In this document: positions 19,101-29,480 of the stretch, piece by piece
Layout of the letters: every line of letters starts with the position of its first letter
Position numbering within the stretch: the first letter of the stretch is position 1
Source: an uncultured Bacilli bacterium
GTDB lineage: Bacteria > Bacillota_I > Bacilli_A > RF39 > UBA660
Length of the DNA: 64,000 bases
Direction: 5' to 3'
Assembly (NCBI GenBank): GCA_947594925.1
Contig: CANQEJ010000001.1
Span: forward strand, 7,837-71,836
Position numbers and translations under genes: made by a program
Notes under the pieces: model-generated
Database searches by the model: none
What the model was told of the DNA's origin: nothing
Seen by the model: the letters and a program-made list of their open reading frames with translations, nothing else

Positions 19101-20411
19101 ATTAATTTTTATAATTATTTGATATTCATTATCTAAATCAACTTCTTCACTATCCACATTAAAGCCCTTTTCTTTTAGAATATCAATGACATCTCTAGCT
19201 TCATTAATTGCACTTTTTAAATCTAGACCTGCTGCTTCTTTTTGTTTTTCCTCATAGTTAGGGTCTAATAAATCAACTTGGTCCATTGGGTCAAATAAAG
19301 TCTCTAGTTTTGGCTCATTAGCACTAGGTGCTGGAGTTAAATCAATAACTGGTTTATCACTATTTGGGGTTGGAACTGGTGTAGGAGCTGGTTGTGGAGC
19401 AACATTGAAGAATTTATTTTCCTCTTGTACCTGACCATTAGGTATAGGATTTTGAATTGGTTGATTATTTATAGGTTGATTACTTATAGGAGGTGTTTGA
19501 TTTATATTATTTGGCATCGTATTTGGCATAGCAGTTGGACTACTATTAAATATCGCTGTATCTCCTGTTAAAGTATTCATATTAGCAGATTCATCTTCTA
19601 AAAAATTAAAGAACTTATTTTGTGGTTTATCACCGGGAGCAGTTTCCGTAGTTGGTTTCGGTGGCTCTGGTCTTGGTGCTTGATTATCAAAGTTAAAAAA
19701 GGTATTATTAACCGGGTCATTAACCGGAGCAATATCAGTGGCATTATCTCTTATATTATCCACATCTTGAGTTATAGTTACCAAAGGTATTCCATCATTT
19801 GTATTCATTTGATCCTTTTTTATTTCGACATCTAACTGTCTTACAGTTAACCTTTCATTTATAATTTTTGCTAGCCACTCTTTTTGCTTTTCTTTATTAT
19901 TCACCGCAAGTAAACTGCGCGCATGTCTTTCGGAAATCTGGCCATTTAATAAAGCTTGTTGTACAGATTCATCTAGATTTAATAAACGTAATTTATTAGC
20001 AATAGCTGGTTGAGATACACCCATTTTCTTGGCTAATTGTTCTTGAGTTAGATATCCTTTATCTAAAATATTTTTATAACTTCGTGCTTCTTCGATAGCA
20101 GTTAAATCTTTTCTTTGGACGTTTTCAACTAAAGCTACCTCCGCACTAGTTTGGTCATCTATATTAGATATAATTGCTGGTACAGTAGTAAGTCCTGCCA
20201 TTCCGGCGGCACGATAACGACGTTCTCCGGCAATTATTTCATATTTAGCACCCATCTTACGTAATACTAATGGCTGAATTATTCCGTGTTGTTTAATAGA
20301 TTCTGAAAGTTCTAATAATTCTTGTTCATCAAAATTAACACGTGGTTGAAATTGATTAGGAATAATATCAGTTAGAGCTATTTGTAAAACTTCTTGATTT
20401 GTATTATTCAT
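19080..20411 (-). CDS. noc: ParB-family protein, Noc-like (nucleoid occlusion), with a long Pro/Asn/Gln-rich C-terminal extension
   Basis: ParB N-terminal domain (IPNQFQPR...IAGERR); HTH region GVSQPAIANKLRLL...ISERHARSLLAVNNKEKQ resembles B. subtilis Noc as recalled; lies immediately downstream of rsmG, the Noc position in Bacilli. Confidence 0.7.
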   Translation of the reverse strand: MNNTNQEVLQIALTDIIPNQFQPRVNFDEQELLELSESIKQHGIIQPLVLRKMGAKYEIIAGERRYRAAGMAGLTTVPAIISNIDDQTSAEVALVENVQRKDLTAIEEARSYKNILDKGYLTQEQLAKKMGVSQPAIANKLRLLNLDESVQQALLNGQISERHARSLLAVNNKEKQKEWLAKIINERLTVRQLDVEIKKDQMNTNDGIPLVTITQDVDNIRDNATDIAPVNDPVNNTFFNFDNQAPRPEPPKPTTETAPGDKPQNKFFNFLEDESANMNTLTGDTAIFNSSPTAMPNTMPNNINQTPPISNQPINNQPIQNPIPNGQVQEENKFFNVAPQPAPTPVPTPNSDKPVIDLTPAPSANEPKLETLFDPMDQVDLLDPNYEEKQKEAAGLDLKSAINEARDVIDILKEKGFNVDSEEVDLDNEYQIIIKINKDTTVN

Positions 20412-20465
20412 ACTAAATGCCCCTTTTTATTTTATTCTATAATTTATTTTAGCAATTTTTCCATT

Positions 20466-21176
20466 TTATTTCAATGGTTTCTTTTTTATTTTATCATAAC
20501 TTCTTGGATATTCTTTTGGGGTTGGTCCTTCTTTTCTTATTTTAATAATTGTTCTTTCGGAATTTTCCTTTGGTAATAAAAATTTAATTACTTGTTCTTC
20601 TTTACCTTGTAAAATTTGTAAAGATTTTTGGATATTAATATTTTCATCTTTACCTTTTAAAGCTATAAAATAACCATTAACTTTAACAAAAGGCAAACAT
20701 AGTTCTAATAAAATATCTAAGCTAGCTACAGCTCGAGCTGTCACTAAATCATACTCTTCTCTTGTTTTTAAGGCATACTCTTCACAACGACCATGAATTA
20801 AATTAACATCTTTCAATTCTAAAGTTTTAACAACTTCATTTAAAAACAAAATCTTTTTATTATTAGCATCGATAATATCTAATTTTAAATGAGGAAAACA
20901 AATTTTTAAAACTATTCCCGGAAATCCTGCGCCACTTCCGACATCTAAAACATTTTCTACATGAGTTAAATCTAGAGCTTTAACAATAGTTAAACTATCG
21001 TAAAAATGTTTTAAATAAACGTCTTCTTCTTTTATAATGGCGGTTAAGTTCATTTTCTGGTTCCAAAAAACTAACAATTCATAATAAGTATGTAATTGTT
21101 CTTTTTGCTTTGATGTTAGAATAATATTTAATTTTTCTATTTCCTTATTAAATTCTTCTTTATTCATTTTTTCCAT
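20466..21176 (-). CDS. rsmG: 16S rRNA m7G527 methyltransferase RsmG (GidB)
   Basis: SAM methyltransferase fold with GSGAGFPG motif; synteny with mnmG. Confidence 0.9.
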   Translation of the reverse strand: MEKMNKEEFNKEIEKLNIILTSKQKEQLHTYYELLVFWNQKMNLTAIIKEEDVYLKHFYDSLTIVKALDLTHVENVLDVGSGAGFPGIVLKICFPHLKLDIIDANNKKILFLNEVVKTLELKDVNLIHGRCEEYALKTREEYDLVTARAVASLDILLELCLPFVKVNGYFIALKGKDENINIQKSLQILQGKEEQVIKFLLPKENSERTIIKIRKEGPTPKEYPRSYDKIKKKPLK

Positions 21177-23022
21177 ATTCCTTTTTTAAATAAACAGTTA
21201 ATACCGCAATATCCGCTGGATTTACTCCACTAATTCTTGTAGCCTGCGCAATAGTGGCCGGACGAATAGCCATTAGTTTACTTCTTGCTTCACTAGCTAA
21301 ATTACGCACTAAATTATAATCTATATCTTCGGGAATTTGTTTACTTTCTAAAGCTAAAAGTTTTTCTACTTCTTTATTAGTTTTTTCAATATATCCTTCA
21401 TATTTAATTGCAATTTCCACTTGTTCTAATACTAAAGGAGAATAATCCATTTCTAAAAAGCTTTTCAAAAAATCAATATTTATCTCTGGTCTTTTTAATA
21501 ATTTTGCTAAAGATTCTGAACGACTAGGTATTTCTAAACCCGCTTTAGTAAATATATTTTTCGTTTCTTCATTTATTTTTAAATTAGTTGTTAATAACTT
21601 GTTAGTAAGTTCTTTTATAGCAGTTTCTTTAGTAATTAATCTTTGATATTGTTCTTCATTTATTAAACCTACTTCATAACCATATTTTCTTAATCTTAAA
21701 TCGGCATTATCTCCTCTTAAAATTAGACGATATTCAGCTCGTGATGTTAGTAATCGATATGGCTCTTTAGTTCCTTTTGTTACTAAATCATCAATTAAAA
21801 CCCCAATATAAGCTTCATTTCTTTTTAAAACTAGAGGTTTTTTATTATCTATTTTTAATACCGCATTTATCCCGGCCATTAAACCTTGACAAGCCGCTTC
21901 TTCATAACCACTTGTACCATTTATCTGGCCTGCTGTGAATAAATTTTCAATAACTTTTGTTTCCAAAGAGTTTTTTAATTGTAAGGGATTAATTGCATCA
22001 TACTCTATAGCATAAGCATTTTTTAAAATTTTAGCGTTTTCAAAACCTCTTAAACTATGAACCATTTCTATTTGTACATCTCTTGGCATACTAGTTGAAA
22101 AACCTTGTAAATACCACTCATCATTTAAAATAGTTTCAGGTTCAAAGAAAAGTTGATGGCGTTCTTTATCTTTAAAACGAACAATTTTATCTTCAATAGA
22201 TGGACAATATCTTGGTCCTACACCTTCTACATATCCTCCATACATACTCGATTTTTCTAAATTATTATTAATAATTTCATGGGTTTTACTATTTGTATAA
22301 ACTAAATAACAACTCTCTTGTTTATCTATATCATATACAGGTGCATCATCAAAACTAAAAGTATAATATCTATCATCGCCCTTTTCTTCTTCTAGTTTTG
22401 TTAAATCTACGCTATTTTTATCTATTCTGGGCGGTGTTCCGGTTTTTAATCTCTGAATTTCAAAACCTAAGTTTCTTAAATTATCACTTAAATTTTTAGA
22501 TTCTTTTTCGCCATGTGGACCACCAGGTGTTTTTTCCGAACCTACTAATATCTGGGCTTTTAGATAAGTTCCAGTTGTTAATATGACACAAGTTCCTAAA
22601 ATTTCTTCTTTAGAAGCAAGGATAACTCCCTTTATTTTTTTATCTTCTATTATTAAATCTTCCACCATTGCTTCTTTTATTTCTAAATTTTTATTAGCTT
22701 GTAATACTTCTAACATTTTTTGCGGATATACTTTTTTATCCGCTTGAGCTCTTAAAGAACGAACAGCAGGACCTTTTTTAGAGTTTAACATTTTTATTTG
22801 TAATAAAGATTTATCTGCTACTTTTCCCATAATGCCCCCAAGAGCATCTATCTCACGCACGACAATTCCTTTCGCTGTTCCCCCTATCGAAGGATTACAA
22901 GGCATATCGGCAATATTTTGAATATTAGCAGTTATTAAAAGAGTTTTCTTGCCCATCTTGCTAGCAGCATACGCCGCCTCACAACCAGCATGTCCTCCTC
23001 CTACTACAATTATATCGTACAT
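21160..23022 (-). CDS. mnmG: tRNA uridine-5-carboxymethylaminomethyl synthesis enzyme MnmG (GidA)
   Basis: FAD-binding N-terminus MYDIIVVGGGHAGCEAA; 620 aa. Confidence 0.95.
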   Translation of the reverse strand: MYDIIVVGGGHAGCEAAYAASKMGKKTLLITANIQNIADMPCNPSIGGTAKGIVVREIDALGGIMGKVADKSLLQIKMLNSKKGPAVRSLRAQADKKVYPQKMLEVLQANKNLEIKEAMVEDLIIEDKKIKGVILASKEEILGTCVILTTGTYLKAQILVGSEKTPGGPHGEKESKNLSDNLRNLGFEIQRLKTGTPPRIDKNSVDLTKLEEEKGDDRYYTFSFDDAPVYDIDKQESCYLVYTNSKTHEIINNNLEKSSMYGGYVEGVGPRYCPSIEDKIVRFKDKERHQLFFEPETILNDEWYLQGFSTSMPRDVQIEMVHSLRGFENAKILKNAYAIEYDAINPLQLKNSLETKVIENLFTAGQINGTSGYEEAACQGLMAGINAVLKIDNKKPLVLKRNEAYIGVLIDDLVTKGTKEPYRLLTSRAEYRLILRGDNADLRLRKYGYEVGLINEEQYQRLITKETAIKELTNKLLTTNLKINEETKNIFTKAGLEIPSRSESLAKLLKRPEINIDFLKSFLEMDYSPLVLEQVEIAIKYEGYIEKTNKEVEKLLALESKQIPEDIDYNLVRNLASEARSKLMAIRPATIAQATRISGVNPADIAVLTVYLKKEYGKNE

Positions 23023-23029
23023 TTTATCA

Positions 23030-24376
23030 CTACTTTCCTAAACAGAAGTTTTTAAATAATTCATCTAAAAGCTCATCTTTATAAGTTTCACCTGTAATTT
23101 CTCCTAATAAATCATAAACTTTCTTTAAATCTATTTCTAACATATCAACTGGCGTTTGAATACTTATTTGCTCTTCAATATTTTCTAAAATCTTTTGACA
23201 TTGTCTTAATAAAGCAATTTGTCGAGCATTACTAACATAAGTAAAATCTTGAGTATTTATTTTATTTAAATGAAATTCTTCTATCATTTTTTCCTTTAAA
23301 GCATCTATTCCAGATAATTCTATTGTATTTCCGTAAACTACATCTTTATCTTTAATATCTATTTCTAACTTTTGGTCATTTTTATTGACAAAGATAATTC
23401 TTTTTTTTTCTTCGATATATTCTAAAATTTCTTTATCTTCTTTAGTTAATTTTTCTAAACCATTTAAAACACAAATGATTAAATCAACTTCATTTATCAT
23501 TTCTTTTGATTTAATAACACCAATTTGTTCTACTTTATCTTGGGTATTTCTAATTCCGGCAGTATCAATAAAGTTAAATTTTATTCCTTCAATTGTAATG
23601 CTTCCCTCAACAATATCTCTAGTTGTACCTGCTATATCAGTTACAATTGCTTTATTTTCTTCTATTAATTTATTAAGTAAACTACTTTTTCCTACATTAG
23701 GACGTCCAACAATCGCTACATTAATACCATCTTTAATAATCTTACCATCTTTCGCCGTTTTTAAAATATCTTTAAGTTTTCCTAAAATTTTACTGTTTTT
23801 TTCTTTTAATAATTCTAAAGTTATTTCTTCGGCATCTTCATATTCTGGATAGTCAATATTAACAGCAATATTAGCAAGAACATCCAAAATATCTTTTCGA
23901 AGCTCTTTTATAATCGCCGATAATTTACCAGTAAGACCCTTTAAAGATAAATTACGACTAGCTTCCGTTGTTGAGGAGATTAAATCACTTACGGCTTCGG
24001 CTTGAACTAAATCAATTCGTCCATTTAAGAAAGCTCTTTTAGTAAATTCCCCACCTTCAGCAAGACGACAACCTAAAGTTAAAAGAATTTCTAATATTTT
24101 TTGAACTGTTGCTAAAGACCCATGACAATTAATTTCCACAATATCTTCTAAAGTATAAGTCTTTGGAGCTTTCATTATCATTACTAAAACTTCATCAATT
24201 ATTTTATCTTCATAAGTAATAAATCCATAATGAATTGTATGACTATTTACTTTAGTTAAATCTTTACCTTTAAATATCTTATTTACTATTTCAATAGACT
24301 TTGGACCACTTAATCTAATAATAGATATTGCCCCTACTCCTAAAGCCGTGGAAATAGCACATATTGTATCACTCAT
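23030..24376 (-). CDS. mnmE: tRNA modification GTPase MnmE (TrmE)
   Basis: G-domain GRPNVGKSSLLN; C-terminal CxGK. Confidence 0.95.
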   Translation of the reverse strand: MSDTICAISTALGVGAISIIRLSGPKSIEIVNKIFKGKDLTKVNSHTIHYGFITYEDKIIDEVLVMIMKAPKTYTLEDIVEINCHGSLATVQKILEILLTLGCRLAEGGEFTKRAFLNGRIDLVQAEAVSDLISSTTEASRNLSLKGLTGKLSAIIKELRKDILDVLANIAVNIDYPEYEDAEEITLELLKEKNSKILGKLKDILKTAKDGKIIKDGINVAIVGRPNVGKSSLLNKLIEENKAIVTDIAGTTRDIVEGSITIEGIKFNFIDTAGIRNTQDKVEQIGVIKSKEMINEVDLIICVLNGLEKLTKEDKEILEYIEEKKRIIFVNKNDQKLEIDIKDKDVVYGNTIELSGIDALKEKMIEEFHLNKINTQDFTYVSNARQIALLRQCQKILENIEEQISIQTPVDMLEIDLKKVYDLLGEITGETYKDELLDELFKNFCLGK

Positions 24377-24421
24377 ATCGGTCTTCCTTTCTAGTAAAAA
24401 ACAATAAGTTTTTCCTTATTG

Positions 24422-25030
24422 TTAATTAACTTTTTTAATAACAACGTGACGATTAGGTTCTTCCCCTTCACTAATAGTTGTTATTCCTTTAAAATTAGTT
24501 AAAGCATTATGAACAATTCTTCTTTCATAAGAATTCATATTTTCAAGACTAGCATCTATACCACTTTGTATTACTTCTTTTGCCGTTTTCTTAGCTAATC
24601 TTTCTAATTGGGCATTTTTCTTATCTTTATAATTTTCTACATCTAATAAGATATATGGTAACATACCCGTTTCCTTACTAATCATCTGACGAACTATTAA
24701 TTGTAAGGCTGTTAAAGTTTGTCCATTTTTTCCTATTAAAATCGCATTATTAGAAGAAAACATCTTAATATAAATTTGTTCTTCTCTTATTCTACTTTCA
24801 AAACTTACATCCAAACCCATTTTCTTTAAAAGTTCTTGAAGAAAATTTTTCGTTTCTTCTAAAATATCTTCTAACTTAACAACTGTTACTTCTTCAACAG
24901 TACCTTTAAAAAGTCCACCCTTTTTTGATGCAGTTTTATAAATAATTTGGTCACGTTCTAGATTATTAGCCTTTAATATTTCTTCTAAAACCTTTTCTTC
25001 ATCTTTTCCACTTTGTTCATATACTTTCAT
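24422..25030 (-). CDS. jag: Jag/KhpB RNA-binding protein (KH and R3H domains)
   Basis: Positioned between yidC and mnmE; R3H-like C-terminus. Confidence 0.8.
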   Translation of the reverse strand: MKVYEQSGKDEEKVLEEILKANNLERDQIIYKTASKKGGLFKGTVEEVTVVKLEDILEETKNFLQELLKKMGLDVSFESRIREEQIYIKMFSSNNAILIGKNGQTLTALQLIVRQMISKETGMLPYILLDVENYKDKKNAQLERLAKKTAKEVIQSGIDASLENMNSYERRIVHNALTNFKGITTISEGEEPNRHVVIKKVN

Positions 25031-25047
25031 AACTACTTACCTTCTTA

Positions 25048-26031
25048 CTATTTTTTCTTTTTTTTCGTATCTTTCTTTTTATCCTTTTTCGTGCCTTTTA
25101 AAATTAAGTTCTGTAATACCATTATACCATTAGTTACTATCCAATATAAAGCAATTGCTACTGGTAAAGTAATCGAAACAACAGAAATCATAATAATCAT
25201 AAATTTTGACATCATTTGCATCTGCTTTTCAGCTTCGCCACCAGCTCCATTAGAAGCCATATTTATTTTAAATGATAAGTAAGTTGTTAATAAGATTAAA
25301 ATTATAATTAAAATACAAATTATTTTAACTGACCAAGCTCCTGTTGTAATTCCTAATAATGTTGTTGTTCCTAGTTTAATTCCAAATAAACTTTCTTCAA
25401 AAATAGCAGGTACTCTATTAATTGCTTCTAAGAAAGCAAAGAATAATGGAAGTTGAATAAAGGATACTAAACAACCAGAAACTGGATTAATATTATATTT
25501 CTTATAAACCAACATTGTTTCCTGACTTTTGGCCATCATTGATTCATTATCAGTTCTATTTTGATATTTCTTTTCAATACGATTTATCTCCGGTTGAGCT
25601 TGTTTCATATTTTCAGAAGTTTCAAAACTCTTTTTCGATAATGGCAATAAAACTAAACGAATTAAAGCCCCAACAACCATAACAGCAACACCAAAATTGC
25701 CAAGTAGCTTTCCTACTTTAATAATAACCCAAGCCAGTGGTTTTACAAAAATGCTTTCCCATAAACCATGATATTTAGTACTATTTAATTTAAAATGCTC
25801 ACAATCTGGTAATTTTTTTAATTTTGTTTGCATTTGTTTTTCGTACTTTTCATAAATTTCCGTTAAACTTTTATCAGTTGGCTTACATAAAATATCATTA
25901 CGGACCGACTGACCTGTTTCTTCATTTTTAACTAATTGTTTATCTTTAGTAGTTATATAATTAGATGCTCCACAACCTGTACAACTTAATAACATTATTA
26001 TAGCTAAAAACAACGATAACTTTTTTTTCAT
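25048..26031 (-). CDS. yidC: Membrane protein insertase YidC/SpoIIIJ, probable lipoprotein
   Basis: LSCTGC lipobox; Oxa1-family core; Lys-rich tail. Confidence 0.9.
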   Translation of the reverse strand: MKKKLSLFLAIIMLLSCTGCGASNYITTKDKQLVKNEETGQSVRNDILCKPTDKSLTEIYEKYEKQMQTKLKKLPDCEHFKLNSTKYHGLWESIFVKPLAWVIIKVGKLLGNFGVAVMVVGALIRLVLLPLSKKSFETSENMKQAQPEINRIEKKYQNRTDNESMMAKSQETMLVYKKYNINPVSGCLVSFIQLPLFFAFLEAINRVPAIFEESLFGIKLGTTTLLGITTGAWSVKIICILIIILILLTTYLSFKINMASNGAGGEAEKQMQMMSKFMIIMISVVSITLPVAIALYWIVTNGIMVLQNLILKGTKKDKKKDTKKKKK

Positions 26032-26360
26032 TATTTCACCTTTTTTTCTAGTAAACTTTTCATACTTGTTAATAGTTTATCATACTTTTCATCTTTACAG
26101 GACTTTTTTGCAATTATTATATAATCATTATATGGCTTAAATAACTTAATATTATCAGTAACGATATTTTTAATTCTTCTTCGTACTTTATTTCTTTGCA
26201 CAGCATTACCAATTTTTTTTCCAACAGCAAAACCAAACTTAGGATTTTCATAATTGCTTTTCATTATATATATAATATAATACTCATCTTTAATAGCTCT
26301 ACCATCTTTAATAATTTGATTAAAATAACGATTATCTTTTACTATATCTTTTTTTTTCAT
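26031..26360 (-). CDS. rnpA: RNase P protein component
   Basis: 109 aa basic protein between rpmH and yidC. Confidence 0.9.
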   Translation of the reverse strand: MKKKDIVKDNRYFNQIIKDGRAIKDEYYIIYIMKSNYENPKFGFAVGKKIGNAVQRNKVRRRIKNIVTDNIKLFKPYNDYIIIAKKSCKDEKYDKLLTSMKSLLEKKVK

Positions 26361-26369
26361 AAATTAGTC

Positions 26370-26405
26370 CTTTTTAGAAGAAAAAACCATAAGCTATTAT
26401 GGTTT
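26370..26405 (-). terminator. Hairpin plus U-tract immediately after rpmH (attenuator/terminator before rnpA)
   Basis: 9 bp stem AAACCATAA / TTATGGTTT at 26384-26405, followed on the minus strand by a T-run. Confidence 0.45.
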
Positions 26406-26526
26406 ATTTAGATAATACTTTACGACCTTTTTTTCTTCTTGCTTTTAATATTTTTGTTTCTTTTCTAGCAAAAAAACCATGTTTCTTTGCTTTTTTACGA
26501 TTATTTGGTTGATATGTTCTTTTCAT
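26404..26526 (-). CDS. rpmH: 50S ribosomal protein L34; absent from the supplied ORF track
   Basis: Reverse translation gives [40 protein letters not shown]; a GGAGGTGC ribosome-binding site lies upstream. Confidence 0.9.
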   Translation of the reverse strand: MKRTYQPNNRKKAKKHGFFARKETKILKARRKKGRKVLSK

Positions 26527-26623
26527 TTTTGCACCTCCAAACCTTTGTTAAAGTCAATTTATTATATTATGAGACACTCTTAAAAGTCAAGAAAGATAAA
26601 ATATTTTCCGAAAAAAAATCAGA

Positions 26624-26962
26624 TTATTCTGATTTTCTTAAACTTCTTACCGCTCCATTATCGCAAGTTAAATTATTTTCAATAAAGAAACAACATTTAT
26701 CTATACAATATTCTAAATCTAAATCTTCCCGCGCATCCTCTTTGGCTTTTTCTACAACATAATTATACATATCCATTGCATTTAAAGTATCATAATCAGC
26801 AATCACATCAGCTATTTTACTTAGTTTTAAATCATCAAAACGCCCTTCATTTTCCTTATCAACTGCTAATAAAATTAAATATTTAACACTACCTGGAGCT
26901 ATATTTAATTTTAAAGTATCAACATTTTTTGTATCATTTTCAACCATTAAACGACTTATCAT
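26624..26962 (-). CDS. Hypothetical protein (112 aa)
   Basis: ORF between rpmH and oriC; C-terminal cysteine cluster (CIDKCCFFIENNLTC); no family recognised. Confidence 0.4.
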   Translation of the reverse strand: MISRLMVENDTKNVDTLKLNIAPGSVKYLILLAVDKENEGRFDDLKLSKIADVIADYDTLNAMDMYNYVVEKAKEDAREDLDLEYCIDKCCFFIENNLTCDNGAVRSLRKSE

Positions 26963-27083
26963 CTAAAATTCCTCCCATCGCTTTCTTCCTATATTATAAT
27001 CCTTCTCTATTTTATAAGTCAAATTAAGAAAAAATATAATCTTTACTAGGAAGTTTAACTTTGTTAAAATAATAACCAATAAA

Positions 27084-27779
27084 TTGCGAGGGATAATTAT
27101 GCAAAAAACACCTTATAATGTAATTATTAACAATAATAGCTATGATTATAATACTGATAAAAATATAATTCATGATGGTATTAATAATGCTCTTACTTAT
27201 AATAAGGAAAAACATAATTTTAATTCCATCTCTCACGAATATCTTTTTATTCTTTACTTAAAAAAAGAAGTTCTGCAAGACCCAGTTACGGCATTACAAT
27301 TTTTACTTTTTTGTGATAAGTTCTATCTTGAATATCCAATAATTTTTAACTTATTTGACCCTCTTTCCGCCGTTTTAATTGAAATAGGAAAAATGGAATA
27401 TACCGCGCAATATATTAAATTTTTACAAGAAGATAATGACAAAGGTGAACAAAAAATTCAAAGATTATTTAAGTTTGGGGAAATAGCGACAGATTTTCTT
27501 ATTAGAGTAAAAGGATATAGTTTAATTAATTGTTCTGGTCAAAAAGTCATTATAACAGCTAGAAATAATTGTGAAAAAGAATTTGAAGATTATCTAGTTC
27601 AGGGTTATACATTACAAAGAAAAAGACAATATATTTTTAAATATAATGGTTCAAGAAATAGTGCTTATTTTGAAATAAGACCTGTAATACCAACTAGAGA
27701 AAGTTATTTTCCTATTGAAGAAATAATTGAAGTTAATCCGAATAAATATCAAAAAATTTTAAATAATCCTTATTTATAA
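27084..27779 (+). CDS. Hypothetical protein (231 aa)
   Basis: ORF divergent from the previous gene, directly upstream of the oriC DnaA boxes; no family recognised. Confidence 0.45.
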   Translation: MRGIIMQKTPYNVIINNNSYDYNTDKNIIHDGINNALTYNKEKHNFNSISHEYLFILYLKKEVLQDPVTALQFLLFCDKFYLEYPIIFNLFDPLSAVLIEIGKMEYTAQYIKFLQEDNDKGEQKIQRLFKFGEIATDFLIRVKGYSLINCSGQKVIITARNNCEKEFEDYLVQGYTLQRKRQYIFKYNGSRNSAYFEIRPVIPTRESYFPIEEIIEVNPNKYQKILNNPYL

Positions 27780-27791
27780 ACAATACCTTTC

Positions 27792-28044
27792 TGTGCATAA
27801 ATATTTTCTTTTTAACGAAAATACTTGCTATTAACACCTTTTTAAGAATAATCCACAATATTATTAACAACTAAAACTTGGTAAATACTAATTTTTTTTT
27901 ATTTATTAACAATTAAGAATAAAATTGTGCATAAAGTTATAAATAATGTTTATATAATTTTCAAAAAAATTTGTGGATAATGTTGATAAGTGTCTTTTTT
28001 TCAGTTATTATAGAACATAAACTTGTTTATAAGTATGTGGATAA
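27792..28044. promoter_or_regulatory. oriC upstream DnaA-box cluster and dnaA promoter region
   Basis: Perfect TGTGGATAA boxes at 27972-27980 and 28036-28044; one-mismatch boxes at 27792-27800, 27849-27857, 27926-27934 and 27981-27989. Confidence 0.75.
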
Positions 28045-28127
28045 TTTGTTGATTAAATTATTTTACTTTTATTTTTAAAAAAAGTGGTATACAATGAAGA
28101 TGTTATTAAGGTAGTGGGGTGATAGGG

Positions 28128-29480
28128 ATGAGTAATGAAAATTTATGGGAAGATTTTCTTGATATTATTTGTAAGAAAACTAATCCTGTTTCTTTTAATA
28201 CTTGGTTTAACAATATCACCTTACAAAATATAGATGAGAATAATATAACAATAAAAGTTCCTTATGCTATGCATAAAAAAGTTTTAGGTGATAATTATTA
28301 TTCTTTAATTGAAGATGCTTTTATGTCATTAACAGGAATTAACTATGATATAAATTTTGTTTTAGAAGAAGAAATAACGGAAAAGAAAGATAATACCGAA
28401 ATAATTAATTTAAATAAAGAAAAAGAAAAGGTCTGGGAATCTAATTTAATTCCAAGTTATACTTTTGATAATTTTGTTGTTGGAGACACTAATCGTTTTG
28501 CGAAAACCGCAGCAGTTGCTGTCACAGAACAACCTGGTAAAATATATAATCCTTTATTTATCTATGGTAAAAGTGGGTTAGGGAAAACGCATTTAATGCA
28601 TGCCATTGGTAATCAAATTATGAAAACTACTAATTTAAAAGTTTTATATACAACTAGTGATATGTTTATGAACGACTTTACCGGTATTGCTAAAAATGAT
28701 GGTAACAATTTAGAATATGCAAATCTATTTAAAGAAAAATATCGTAATGTTGATGTATTAATTATCGATGATATCCAATATTTAGTAGGAGCCGAAAAAA
28801 CTCAACAAGAGTTTTTCCATACTTTTAATGCTTTGCATCAAGCTAATAAACAAATAATTATTAGTTCTGACCGTTCTCCAGATGATTTAAAAAAATTAGA
28901 AGAACGTCTAAGAAGTCGATTTACTTGGGGCCTTCCGGTTGATATTTATCCACCAGACTTTGACCTGCGTTGTCGGATTTTAAAAAATAAGATTAAAAAT
29001 TTAGATATTGCTAGCTTAATAGAAGAAGATGTTATCGAATATATTGCTAATTCTTGTGATAATGATGTCCGTTATTTGGAAGGAGCTATTACTAGATTAT
29101 GCGCCTATGCGGCAATGACTGTTCCTAAAGAAATTAATATGGAATTTGCTAGTGAAGCTTTAAAAGATTATATAACTAAAAATATCTATGATAACGGAGA
29201 TATCCCTAGTATTCAAAAAGCTGTCTGTGAATATTATGGTATTACTGTTGATGAACTAAAATCAAAAAAGAGAAGTAACAAAATTGCTTATCCCAGAATG
29301 CTGGCCATGTATTTAGCACGGATGCTTACTGATGAATCTTTTCCTCGTATAGGTTTAGAATTTGGAGGAAGAGACCACTCAACTGTAATTCATGCTTGCG
29401 ATAAAATTGAACAAGATTTAAAAACAGATGAACAGTTAAAAGAAATAATAAAAACTATAAAAAATAAAATAACTTGTTAA
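28128..29480 (+). CDS. dnaA: Chromosomal replication initiator DnaA
   Basis: AAA+ Walker A GKSGLGKTHL; C-terminal DnaA-box-binding domain; start placed at ATG 28128 (MSNENLW). Confidence 0.97.
   Translation: MSNENLWEDFLDIICKKTNPVSFNTWFNNITLQNIDENNITIKVPYAMHKKVLGDNYYSLIEDAFMSLTGINYDINFVLEEEITEKKDNTEIINLNKEKEKVWESNLIPSYTFDNFVVGDTNRFAKTAAVAVTEQPGKIYNPLFIYGKSGLGKTHLMHAIGNQIMKTTNLKVLYTTSDMFMNDFTGIAKNDGNNLEYANLFKEKYRNVDVLIIDDIQYLVGAEKTQQEFFHTFNALHQANKQIIISSDRSPDDLKKLEERLRSRFTWGLPVDIYPPDFDLRCRILKNKIKNLDIASLIEEDVIEYIANSCDNDVRYLEGAITRLCAYAAMTVPKEINMEFASEALKDYITKNIYDNGDIPSIQKAVCEYYGITVDELKSKKRSNKIAYPRMLAMYLARMLTDESFPRIGLEFGGRDHSTVIHACDKIEQDLKTDEQLKEIIKTIKNKITC

Noticed and set aside
23385-23852. 155 aa plus-strand ORF
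   Set aside because: Antisense inside mnmE; Ser/Ile-rich low complexity; no ribosome-binding site.
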